Assembly (NCBI GenBank): GCA_965248925.1
Contig: CBDFLE010000006.1
Coordinates: 864,001 to 928,000 of the forward strand
Reading direction: 5' to 3'
Length of the DNA stretch: 64,000 nucleotides
Source: Candidatus Multivoradales bacterium
Lineage (GTDB): Bacteria; Acidobacteriota; Thermoanaerobaculia; Multivoradales; J023
The position numbers were made by a program, and so were the translations under genes. Each line of letters opens with the position of its first letter. Position 1 is the first letter of the stretch. Shown here one piece after another: positions 9,836 to 19,007 of the stretch. Below the pieces are notes generated by a model. It saw only the letters and a list, made by a program, of their open reading frames with translations. It did not search any database and was not told where the DNA came from.

Positions 9836-11251
9836 ATGAGCAACAAGACAATTTCGCTAGTCGTCCTATTCTCGGTTCTGATCTCCGGTCCACTGACCGC
9901 CGAGACTCAACCAACGCAGTCCTTGCTCGGGGCCAGTGGGCAGGTCTACGAGATTTATTCGGGCACCTTCGGCGAGCTGTTCCCAGGCGACCACAGTCGA
10001 GATCCTGATTTCCCAGTGCTAGCACTCGACACCCTCATCCCAGGAAGCACCGCCAGACGCCTTCTGGTACCGAGCACCGGCAGCTCGGTGCTCGAGTCTG
10101 CCCCAAGGCTGATCTACGACCGCGCTTCTGACCAGCTAAACGTGGTCTGGAACGCCGTCCGGCCAAGTGGCGAGCTACGTATCCACCTGACTAGCTATAG
10201 CGAGGGAGGCTGGGGAGCCGAAGTGCTTGAGCTCTATCGCAGCAGTAGCAGCCAGATCAGCGAACCGCAGGTGGCCCTGACCCGCGACGCTTACAACCTG
10301 TCCGCTGGCGAAGGCCAGGTGTTGAGCGCGGAGCGCGCCACCCTGCACCTTTTGTGGCAAGAGCGCGATGACAATTCGGTGGCGGTCAAGTACATGCCAG
10401 TGCTACTGGTTGCTGGCGACTACATCGGTTGGAGCGAAACCTTCGTCCTTGGTTTCAGCTCAACAGTCCTGCAAGCACCGGAGAACATCGATGGCCAAGG
10501 CGAGCCAGTAACATTTTCCGCTTTTCCTCACTTGTCGACTTCAAGTCGCTCAGGCGGCATTATCGTCAGCTTTTTCGACAGCGACTCTCTGAGTCTCAAG
10601 ACTCTTGATATCGGTATCCTGCCTCTAGAGTTGGTCTATCTCAGCGACGAGATCCAAGAGCAAGTACTCAATCTCGGCTCGGACTGGGTTGGGGGAGGCG
10701 ACATCAGTTCGTTCGCCGACGTGATGCGTCTCCAGATCATCGGTATGGGTAGCATCTATGGCTTCCACCCGGCGGTGATCGACTACGTTGCTGAACAGGT
10801 CCACGCCCACCTACTCGACGTAGGAGACGGCTACAGCGATATCGAGCACCTGTCCAGCGATCTACGGGACTACACCATCGACTTGACCACCTCGCTGTTT
10901 GGCACCGACCTGAGTTCGCCGGAGGCTGATGACGGTTCGGAGATCATCGAAATCGACTTGAGCGACCTACCCCTCGGCGATGAAGGCAATCAGCCGGCGC
11001 AGATCCTCGACCTCAAGGTGGCTTCGGAAGTGCCGCTGCCGACGATAGCGGGCGGCAACTCCAGCATCTACACCTCGCCGACAGGAGATGAGCTAATTGT
11101 CGCCTGGAGCGAGAGCGACCAGGCAGGGGAATGGCTGGTCTATGTCGAGTACACCGCCGCCGATGGCTGGGGCGAGCCCTTCAGCTTGGAGCTTGGCGAG
11201 CGCCTCGACCTGGACCGCGCCCACCAGCTGCTGGCGGCCCGACTGCGCTAA
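9836..11251 (+). CDS. Exported hypothetical protein
   Basis: N-terminal signal peptide (MSNKTISLVVLFSVLISGPLTA) and acidic mature region. Starts 2 bp after the TPR gene stop. Confidence 0.75.
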   Translation: MSNKTISLVVLFSVLISGPLTAETQPTQSLLGASGQVYEIYSGTFGELFPGDHSRDPDFPVLALDTLIPGSTARRLLVPSTGSSVLESAPRLIYDRASDQLNVVWNAVRPSGELRIHLTSYSEGGWGAEVLELYRSSSSQISEPQVALTRDAYNLSAGEGQVLSAERATLHLLWQERDDNSVAVKYMPVLLVAGDYIGWSETFVLGFSSTVLQAPENIDGQGEPVTFSAFPHLSTSSRSGGIIVSFFDSDSLSLKTLDIGILPLELVYLSDEIQEQVLNLGSDWVGGGDISSFADVMRLQIIGMGSIYGFHPAVIDYVAEQVHAHLLDVGDGYSDIEHLSSDLRDYTIDLTTSLFGTDLSSPEADDGSEIIEIDLSDLPLGDEGNQPAQILDLKVASEVPLPTIAGGNSSIYTSPTGDELIVAWSESDQAGEWLVYVEYTAADGWGEPFSLELGERLDLDRAHQLLAARLR

Positions 11252-11283
11252 CTAAACGGTAGAGACCCGCGCCGCGAGCCTTC

Positions 11284-11309
11284 AAAGCCCTCCGACAGGA
11301 GGGCTTTTT
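11284..11309 (+). terminator. Rho-independent terminator
   Basis: AAAGCCCTCC-GACA-GGAGGGCTTT-TT hairpin followed by a T tract. Confidence 0.8.
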
Positions 11310-11386
11310 GCTTTCTGGATGCCGCCGCGCCAACAACGGTCGAGCTACCCTACTGTGCTAGTCTGCGCACCGGCGGAGGACCCAGA

Positions 11387-12343
11387 ATGGCCCATAAGAC
11401 CTTGTGCATCACCGGCGGCGCCGGCTTTATCGGCTCCCATCTGAGCGACGCTTTTCTCGCCGCCGGACATCGTGTGCTGGTGATCGACGACCTGTCGGGC
11501 GGCTGTCAGGACAATCTGCCGGCGGCCGCCGAATTCCACCAGCTGGACATCCGCGGCACCGAGGCCGCCGAGTTGGTCGCCCAGAGCGGCATCGACGTGC
11601 TGGTACATCATGCCGCGCAGATGGATGTGCGGCGCTCGGTCGCCGATCCTTCGTTCGATGCCGATGTCAATATCCGCGGCACTCTCAACCTGCTCGAAGC
11701 GGCGCGACGTGGTGGCGTCCAACAGGTGCTGTTCGCCTCGACCGGCGGTGCTATCTACGGCGAACAAGACTTCTTCCCGGCCACCGAGGACCACCCGCTG
11801 CGACCGGTGTCACCCTACGGCGTCGCCAAACTGGCGGTGGAACGCTACCTGTTCTACTACCACGCGGCCTACGGCCTCAACGCTACCTGCCTGCGCTATG
11901 CCAACGTCTACGGCGAACGGCAGAACCCCCACGGTGAAGCTGGAGTAGTAGCGATCTTTCTCGGCAAGCTGCTGCGGGGTGAGGCGCCGGTGATCAATGG
12001 CGACGGCTTGCAGACCCGCGACTATGTCCACGTCGGCGACGTGGCGCGAGCCAATCTGGCGGCCCTCGGCCGTCCCGGCTTCCACATCTACAACGTCGGC
12101 ACCGGCCTGGAGACTTCGGTGGTGGAGCTCTACCTCGGCATTGCCCGCGCTCTGGGCAGCGATGTCGAAGCCGGCTTCGGTCCGGGCATGAGCGGCGAGC
12201 AGCGGCGCTCGGTGATCGATTCCGGTCGCTTGCGGCAGGAACTCGGCACCGCCGCCCCAGCCGCTCTTGACAGTGGCTTGCGGCATACCGCCGAGTGGTT
12301 TCTCAAGCGGCACCAGGACTCTCTGGCGACGACCTCGGGCTAA
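11387..12343 (+). CDS. NAD-dependent epimerase/dehydratase (UDP-glucose 4-epimerase-like)
   Basis: TGGAGFIGSH, catalytic YGVAK (YxxxK) and TRDYVHVGD. Confidence 0.9.
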   Translation: MAHKTLCITGGAGFIGSHLSDAFLAAGHRVLVIDDLSGGCQDNLPAAAEFHQLDIRGTEAAELVAQSGIDVLVHHAAQMDVRRSVADPSFDADVNIRGTLNLLEAARRGGVQQVLFASTGGAIYGEQDFFPATEDHPLRPVSPYGVAKLAVERYLFYYHAAYGLNATCLRYANVYGERQNPHGEAGVVAIFLGKLLRGEAPVINGDGLQTRDYVHVGDVARANLAALGRPGFHIYNVGTGLETSVVELYLGIARALGSDVEAGFGPGMSGEQRRSVIDSGRLRQELGTAAPAALDSGLRHTAEWFLKRHQDSLATTSG

Positions 12344-12351
12344 GCTCGACA

Positions 12352-13509
12352 ATGCCCCGCTTTCCCGCCACCGTCGCTGGCCTCGAGCAAGTCGGCGGCT
12401 CGGTCTATTCGCGACTCGGCGAACGCGCCCGACAAGCCGCAGAGTTCTGTCCGCTCCATATCGGCGACACCTGGCTGCAACCGCCGCCGGGCTGCCACAT
12501 GCAGGATTTGAAGACCGCCGAGCACCCCGGCCTAAGCCGCTACACCACGCCCCAGGGAATGCTCGAGCTGCGCCAACGAATCGCCGAACGGGTTGAGCGC
12601 CGTAGCAGCGTCGCCACTTGCGCCGAGCAAATATTGATCAGTACTGGTGCCACCGGTGGCTTGGCGACCGCCATCGGCGCCCTGGTGGAGCCCGGAGACG
12701 AGGTGCTGGTCCTGGCCCCATATTGGCCGCTGATCAGCGGCATCGTGCGCTCCTTCCATGGTCGCCCGATCGACGTACCCGTCCACACCGGCGAGGCCCA
12801 GACCCTCGACGAGATCTTGGCCACGCTCACCAACAAGCTGAGTGAACGCAGCGTAGCGCTCTATCTCAACTCCCCTAACAACCCCACCGGACGAGTGCTC
12901 TCGCGATCTTTCTTGAGCGCCTTGGCAGAGTGGGCGCGACAGCATGATCTCTGGTTACTCGCCGACGAGGTTTACGAGGACTACGTCTACCAAGGCGAGC
13001 ACGTCGCCTGCCGCTCTCTCGCCCCTGAGCGCACCATTGCTGCCCACTCCTTCTCTAAAGCCTATGGCATGACCGGCAACCGCTGCGGTTACATGGTGGC
13101 TCCGCTCGAGGTGATCAGCGGTCTTTGCAAGGTCGGCACTCACACTTTCTATAGCACCCCGACTGCTTCGCAGTTCGCCTCCCTTGCCGCCCTCGGCCCG
13201 GACGGCGACCGCTGGCTAGCAACCACCCGGAAGAAATACCAACGGCTCGCCGAGACCACTGCCGAGTTGCTCGGGGTCGAGGCGCCGGCTGGCGGCACTT
13301 TCCTCTTTCTGAATGTTGCGGCCAGACTCGGCCCGGACGGCCTTTCAGGCTTGCTCGAAGACTGCGCCAGCCAGGGCTTGCTGCTAGCGCCGGGGAGCAG
13401 CTTCGGCCCCTATCCTGAGCATCTTCGGCTCTGTTTCACCGCTGCTGAACCGGAGCTAACCTTGCGCGGCGTGCGGCGCCTGGCGGCACTGCTCCAAACC
13501 CATCCGTAG
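12352..13509 (+). CDS. PLP-dependent aminotransferase class I/II
   Basis: NSPNNPTG, DEVY and SFSKAYGMTGNRCG (PLP lysine). Start MPRF at 12352. Confidence 0.9.
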   Translation: MPRFPATVAGLEQVGGSVYSRLGERARQAAEFCPLHIGDTWLQPPPGCHMQDLKTAEHPGLSRYTTPQGMLELRQRIAERVERRSSVATCAEQILISTGATGGLATAIGALVEPGDEVLVLAPYWPLISGIVRSFHGRPIDVPVHTGEAQTLDEILATLTNKLSERSVALYLNSPNNPTGRVLSRSFLSALAEWARQHDLWLLADEVYEDYVYQGEHVACRSLAPERTIAAHSFSKAYGMTGNRCGYMVAPLEVISGLCKVGTHTFYSTPTASQFASLAALGPDGDRWLATTRKKYQRLAETTAELLGVEAPAGGTFLFLNVAARLGPDGLSGLLEDCASQGLLLAPGSSFGPYPEHLRLCFTAAEPELTLRGVRRLAALLQTHP

Positions 13510-13589
13510 GACGAACTCCACCGCCCAGTGGACTGCCGCAGGTCTGATCTGACCCTGCTTCCGTATCTTAAAAGAATCTTCACAGGAGC

Positions 13590-13771
13590 TGCGGATATCT
13601 CTGTGGAAAAGGCTTCGGATAAAGCCGTTAAAACCCTATTTTCCAGCTTCGAACACAGTTTGCACAGAGTTCTGTGCAAATCAACCTAACCCCTTCTTTT
13701 AGAGCAATTAGCTAAGATCAGCCGAGTCTGAGAAAAAGCCGATGGCGGAAGGGCGGCGGTAGTTTTCCACA
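13590..13771. promoter_or_regulatory. DnaA-box cluster in AT-richer convergent intergenic region
   Basis: Perfect TTWTNCACA matches at 13602-13610 (minus) and 13763-13771 (plus), 1-mismatch boxes at 13658-13666 and 13673-13681, and 2-mismatch boxes near 13590 and 13615. Confidence 0.6.
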
Positions 13772-13802
13772 GCGCTGGAGGCTCGTTCTTCCTCAAGGCG
13801 GC

Positions 13803-14381
13803 CTAAGCCCTTGGATTGGCTAGGTTTTCGAGCTTCTTGAGCAGGGCGCGCCAAGCTCTACCACGATGGCCAAGGCGTTCTTTTTCAACCTCTCGAAGCT
13901 CGGCGTAGGTCTTGTCTGACGCCGCGGGAACGAACACCGGGTCCCATCCGAAACCTCGATCGCCCCGCGGCTCGACCACCAAACGACCCGCCACCGCTCC
14001 TTCGGCGATGACCGTTTGGTGGCCATCGCGATAGAGCAACGCGGTGCGGGCGGTGGCCGCTTGGTTGCCCAGGCTGGCCGCGGTGCGGGCCATGCCGGCC
14101 GGGCCGATCGCCTGCAACATCCACTTCACCAGGGGACCGGGAAATCCACCGAGGGCATCGAGTTCGAGACCAGTCTCTTCCACCACCAAGGGCCGCTCGA
14201 GCCGCCGCCAGGCCTCCTCAGCCTTGGCCCGCAGGACTTCGCCTAAGTCCAAAGACTGAATCTCTGGCAGATCGATGTCGGCATGCTCGGGAGTAAAGCC
14301 CAACACCTGCTCAGCCTCGCGCAATTTGCCACGATTGCCGGTGACCAAGACGAAACTTGGCAGCTTGAACGTGCCGCTCAA
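13803..14381 (-). CDS. rdgB: Non-canonical purine NTP pyrophosphatase (HAM1/RdgB family)
   Basis: VTGNRGKLRE, LGGFPGPLVK, GFGWDPVF and HRGRA. Confidence 0.88.
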   Translation of the reverse strand: MSGTFKLPSFVLVTGNRGKLREAEQVLGFTPEHADIDLPEIQSLDLGEVLRAKAEEAWRRLERPLVVEETGLELDALGGFPGPLVKWMLQAIGPAGMARTAASLGNQAATARTALLYRDGHQTVIAEGAVAGRLVVEPRGDRGFGWDPVFVPAASDKTYAELREVEKERLGHRGRAWRALLKKLENLANPRA

Positions 14382-16042
14382 TCCGCCACCACCCGAAAGG
14401 CGGCGATCGGTTGGCTGAGGCCCTTGAGGCGCAGCTCACCCAGAGGCTCGGTGGCGATCTCGCCGCCGAGCAAGCGGTGGGTTTCGCCGCCGATCACCAC
14501 CTGCCCCGCCTTGCTGACGGTTTCTTCCAATCGAGCCGCGATGTTGACTGTGTTGCCCAACACAGTGTAATCCACCCGGCGCTGACTGCCGATATCGCCG
14601 ACCACCACCGGGCCGCTGTTGAGACCGATGCGCACTTCGATCGAGGGCAGCCCTTGTTGCGCTCGGACTCCATTCCAACGACCGATGGCTCGCTGAATGG
14701 CGATCGCCGAGCGCACCGCCCGAGTGGCGTGATCGCTCTGCCACATCGGCGCGCCGAAGAAGGCCATTACCCCGTCGCCGATGAATTTGTCGAGAGTACC
14801 GCCGTTGGCGAAAATCGCCTCGACCGCATGGGTGAAATAGCCTTCGAGCACCTCGGCTACCGCCTCCGGCTCGGCCAGTTCTGAGAAAGCGGTAAAGCCC
14901 ACCAGATCGCAGAACATCACCGTCACCTCGGTGCGCCGCAGTCGCCGCACGCCGCTCTCACCAGCCTCGTCACCACGCATGACTTCTTCCAACACCGCGG
15001 GCGAGTGGTAACGCTCCATGCGGCTGCGCACCACCCGTTCACGCTCCACTTGCTCACCGTTGCGGATGCGCTCGATAGCCACCGCGCAGTAGTTAGCCAG
15101 GGCGGTCAGCAGGTCGACATCCTGTTCGGTAAAACTGCCCGTATGGTGCTGGCTATCGACCTGGAGGACACCGATGATGCGCTCTCCCGACCACAGCGGG
15201 GCGCACATCGCGGCGCGGATTTGGTGGATCCGCACCGACTCATTGCCGGCTAAGCGATCGTCGGTCAGCGCATCGTAGGTCAGCAGCGCCACTCGCTGCT
15301 CCATGACCGCCTCGAGAATACTGCTCGACAGGGGTACTCGCCGCTGCGGCCTGAACTCGACCCGGTCCAGCTGGCGCGCCAGCTCACAGCGTAACTCGCC
15401 TGAATCCGCGTCCCGCAGCAGCATGAAGCCGCGATCCACCGGCAGCGCCTCGAAAGCGATCTCGGTGACCCGCTGCAGCACTTCGTCCACCGATTCGGCG
15501 TCGATCAACAGCCGCGCCAGGCGGGTCAAGAAGCCGAAGACCTGGCTCGAATACGCCTGATCGAGGGCCTCCCGTTTTCGCTTGATGCGGTGCGACGCGG
15601 TCACCGGCCGATTCTCGGGGTCGAGCCCGTAAGCGGCGCTGAATTGCTCCAACGGTCGAACGATCGTGGCGTTTGACAGGGCTGCCCTAGCGGCCAACGC
15701 ACTTGCACTGACCGGCTTCGTCGAGGGGTCCGTCGAGAGGGTCGGAGGTGCGGCTTCCAACTTCTCTTCGACCCGCACCTTGAAGATGCCGATTTGCAAC
15801 TCATCGCCGGGTCGAACCGTAGCGCTGTCGACCCGAGTGCCGTTGAGCAGCACGCCATTGGTGCTAGCTTGATCGACCACTCGCCAACTATTGTGGTCGC
15901 GGCGCAGCGAACAGTGGCGGCGGGAAACCGAGAAGTCACTCAGCACTACATCGTTGCCGCTCCCCCGACCCAGGCGCACCTCGCCCCCGGCCAGCGGTGC
16001 CGACCGTTCCTCCCCCTCCACGGTGTAGCGCAAGAGCAGCAT
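14378..16042 (-). CDS. FHA-GAF-class III adenylate/guanylate cyclase
   Basis: FHA (GR...SRRH...STNG), GAF (AMCAPL...GVLQVD) and cyclase motifs FCDLVGFT, DKFIGDGVMA, YTVLGNTVNIAARLE. Confidence 0.9.
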   Translation of the reverse strand: MLLLRYTVEGEERSAPLAGGEVRLGRGSGNDVVLSDFSVSRRHCSLRRDHNSWRVVDQASTNGVLLNGTRVDSATVRPGDELQIGIFKVRVEEKLEAAPPTLSTDPSTKPVSASALAARAALSNATIVRPLEQFSAAYGLDPENRPVTASHRIKRKREALDQAYSSQVFGFLTRLARLLIDAESVDEVLQRVTEIAFEALPVDRGFMLLRDADSGELRCELARQLDRVEFRPQRRVPLSSSILEAVMEQRVALLTYDALTDDRLAGNESVRIHQIRAAMCAPLWSGERIIGVLQVDSQHHTGSFTEQDVDLLTALANYCAVAIERIRNGEQVERERVVRSRMERYHSPAVLEEVMRGDEAGESGVRRLRRTEVTVMFCDLVGFTAFSELAEPEAVAEVLEGYFTHAVEAIFANGGTLDKFIGDGVMAFFGAPMWQSDHATRAVRSAIAIQRAIGRWNGVRAQQGLPSIEVRIGLNSGPVVVGDIGSQRRVDYTVLGNTVNIAARLEETVSKAGQVVIGGETHRLLGGEIATEPLGELRLKGLSQPIAAFRVVAD

Positions 16043-16091
16043 TGTGTCCCCCAAAGGTTGTTTGGACGCCGTCTCCTAGAGGTGCAGCCCG

Positions 16092-17021
16092 CTAGATTTG
16101 CACGCCCCCCAACAACCACAGTAGCACTGCCTTCTGTGCATGGAGTCGATTTTCGGCCTCGTCGAAGATCCGGCTGCGTGGACCATCGGCCACCGCCGCT
16201 GAAACCTCCTCGCCTCGGTGGGCCGGCAGACAATGCAGAAACACCGCGTCCGAAGCCGCCGCCGCCATCAACTCCTCATCGATCGTCCAACCGGCAAAGT
16301 CCGCCAGACGCTTGGCCTGCTGATCTTCCTGGCCCATCGACGCCCACACATCGGTGACCACCGCCGAGGCGCCGGCAACCGCCTGTTGGAGATCATTGGT
16401 GATCTCAAGTCGAGTGCCCGCCGCGACCGCATCCTGACGCCCTAGCTCAACGTACTCCGCCATCGGCTCGTAGCCGGCAGGAGCGGCGATAGTCACGTCC
16501 ATACCCACTTTGGCAGCCCCCAACATCAGCGAGTGGGCCATATTGTTGCCATCGCCGATGTAGGTCAGCTTGCGGCCGGCCAGATCGCCAAAGATCTCGG
16601 TGAGGGTGAAGTAGTCGGCCAGCACCTGGCAGGGATGCAGCTCGTCGGTCAAGCCATTGATCACCGGTACGCTACCGAAACGCGCCAGGTCCACCACATC
16701 CTGGTGAGCGAAGGTGCGCGCCATGATGCCGTCCAAGAAACGCGACAGCACCTGGGCGGTGTCCGAAATAGTCTCGCCACGGCCAAGCTGGATGTCACGG
16801 CTGGATAGAAACAGCGCGTGCCCTCCCAGCTGCACCATGCCGACTTCGAAACTGACCCGCGTACGAGTCGAAGATTTCTGAAAGATCATCCCCAGGCTCT
16901 GCCCGGCGAGGGCCTGACGATAGTCCTGCGGCCGGGCTTTGACTTGAGCGGCCAAACGCAGCAAACCAGCCATCTGCTCGCGGCTCAGATCGTGAACCGA
17001 AATCAAGTGTTCCACAGACAT
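16092..17021 (-). CDS. argF: Ornithine carbamoyltransferase
   Basis: STRTR carbamoyl-phosphate motif, HPCQ, DVWASMG and HCLP. Confidence 0.93.
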   Translation of the reverse strand: MSVEHLISVHDLSREQMAGLLRLAAQVKARPQDYRQALAGQSLGMIFQKSSTRTRVSFEVGMVQLGGHALFLSSRDIQLGRGETISDTAQVLSRFLDGIMARTFAHQDVVDLARFGSVPVINGLTDELHPCQVLADYFTLTEIFGDLAGRKLTYIGDGNNMAHSLMLGAAKVGMDVTIAAPAGYEPMAEYVELGRQDAVAAGTRLEITNDLQQAVAGASAVVTDVWASMGQEDQQAKRLADFAGWTIDEELMAAAASDAVFLHCLPAHRGEEVSAAVADGPRSRIFDEAENRLHAQKAVLLWLLGGVQI

Positions 17022-17030
17022 GCTCTCTCC

Positions 17031-18299
17031 TCAGCCGCCCAGAGCTTCGCGCTCCAACGGCATGGTCATGCAGCGCGGCCCACCACGGGCCCGCGACAGT
17101 TCGTTATCGCGCATGGTCACCACCGTCGGCCCTTGGTCCAGCAGCGGCTCGCCGTCGAGGACCTGCTGCTCGGTGATCACCCGCCAGCCGCGCTGGTGCA
17201 GCTCTTCGGCGGTCAGGCGATTGCGCCGGTAGGTGACGATCACTCCTGGCGCAATAGCGAAAGCGTTGGCGCCATCGGTCCACTGCTCGCGCTGCTGATC
17301 GATCAGGCTCGAACCACCGCAAGGAACCAAATCGATCTCGATGCCAACCTCGGCCAAGGCCCGCGGCAGGTCGGCGCGCAGCGTGTAGGCCAGCTGCTCG
17401 GCCCGCAGATCGATGCGGTAAACCCGCCCAGCCTCGCCGCCAGCCGGAGCGATCACCGGCATGTGGGCCAGACAGTGGCGGTGATCGATGAAGGTGAAGA
17501 CCGTGTCGAGGTGCATGTAAGAACGCCGGGCAGGCAGCTCGACGACGATCAACCAGCGGAACTTGCTCTGCTCGCCAGCCGCCATGAGATTCTTCGCCAG
17601 CCTCTCGATGCCCCGCCGGTTGGTGCGCTCGCTAAGCCCCACCAGCAGGGTGTCGGAGCTGGCGATCAGCAGATCGCCGCCTTCCAGATGCGGCCGGCTC
17701 TCCATCTCGTCCTCGGCGTTGGCCCCCAGTTCAATAAAGCCCTGGTGATCGCTCAGTCGCGGATGGTGGGTAAACACAGAGCGTGACAACAGCGGTTCGC
17801 GACCGCGGGCTTCGGTGGCCATCGACGACACTAGGACCTGGTCACCGACCACCACTTGGGGGTCGCGCTGGAAAAAATAATTCGGTATCGGTGCCAAACG
17901 ATAGAAACCCGCCAGCCCACGCCCCTGGCGCTGCTGGAGGGCTTGCAAGCCGGTCACTAGCACCTTGCCAAGCTGTTCCGGGTCTAGCTGCTCAAGTTCC
18001 TTCAAGACAGAGGCGGAAAAGCCTCCCTGACCCTGCAACTCGCCGAGCAGCGAAGCCCGGGCACTGCTATCGACTAGCACTTCGGCCAGCAGGGTTTGGG
18101 GATCGAGAGTCTCGACCCCGGCAGCTTCGAGCACAGCGCGGAAAGCATCATGCTCGGCCCGCGCTTGGCGGCCGTAGAGGATGTCGTCAAACAGCAACCG
18201 CTCCATCATCGACGGCACCATCCAGTCGATCTCGAGCCCGGGACGGTGCACGAGGACGCGACGCAAACGGCCGATCTCGGAGTAGACCTGAAGCGACAT
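17031..18299 (-). CDS. arcA: Arginine deiminase
   Basis: VYSEIGRL, LLFDDI, FQRD, EGGD, MHLDTVFT and GGPRCMTMP catalytic motifs. Start MSLQ at 18299. Confidence 0.92.
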   Translation of the reverse strand: MSLQVYSEIGRLRRVLVHRPGLEIDWMVPSMMERLLFDDILYGRQARAEHDAFRAVLEAAGVETLDPQTLLAEVLVDSSARASLLGELQGQGGFSASVLKELEQLDPEQLGKVLVTGLQALQQRQGRGLAGFYRLAPIPNYFFQRDPQVVVGDQVLVSSMATEARGREPLLSRSVFTHHPRLSDHQGFIELGANAEDEMESRPHLEGGDLLIASSDTLLVGLSERTNRRGIERLAKNLMAAGEQSKFRWLIVVELPARRSYMHLDTVFTFIDHRHCLAHMPVIAPAGGEAGRVYRIDLRAEQLAYTLRADLPRALAEVGIEIDLVPCGGSSLIDQQREQWTDGANAFAIAPGVIVTYRRNRLTAEELHQRGWRVITEQQVLDGEPLLDQGPTVVTMRDNELSRARGGPRCMTMPLEREALGG

Positions 18300-18671
18300 T
18301 GGATGGGCTCCTGACGGCCCCACGAGGCCGGGAAGTAGTTTCGGCGTGGACCGCAACTCTCACAAATCGGGATTGACAATGACCCGATTTACCAACCATT
18401 GGGACGTAGTTAGAAAGAGGCTATCGAGCGGAACCGGCCACCGCGCTCCAACGTCGCGCGGGCATAGCCCGCAACGGTCCACCGCCGAAGCGCGGCACCG
18501 GTTCCCAGCGGATTGTACAGAAGTTCTTGATTGCAAACACCTCTACATGCATCGAACTGCCATGCTCCAAGGCACCAAGTTCTGGTTCGGGGTAGCCCCG
18601 TCCGGGCCACTCGCCGGCGGTGGCATGGGCTATCGCCGGCTCTTCGTTCGCAGAGCATTTGCAGCTAAGCT

Positions 18672-18818
18672 CTACGTAGGCGCTGCCCACCTAACTCGAC
18701 AGTCTAGCCATCGTCCTGGCCAATCAGACGCAGGGCCCGGTGACCGCATCAGATCGGCCAAAGCCTGCGAATCGCCGTTGCTCCACTCGATCAGGAGCTG
18801 GGTAACATCCTTCTTCAT
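18672..18818 (-). pseudogene. N-terminal remnant of ECF sigma factor (TIGR02999-like)
   Basis: Manual translation MKKDVTQLLIEWSNGDSQALADLM after a GGAGGGG RBS. Homology stops at about 18747 and the frame ends after 48 codons. Confidence 0.65.
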
Positions 18819-19007
18819 CCGTTGCTCTGCCCCTCCCTTGACGACGCTGGGAAACTCGAAGTCGATCCAATTCTAGGACCCCTCGCAGGGGGCCGTTTCT
18901 AGCTCCCATAATAGTTAGGTGCATGCGGCTGAGGATTGTTACAATCCCGGCCTCCAAAGTACCTCATCGACATTGGCAAATATCTCCAACCTACCGGGCG
19001 AGCGACG

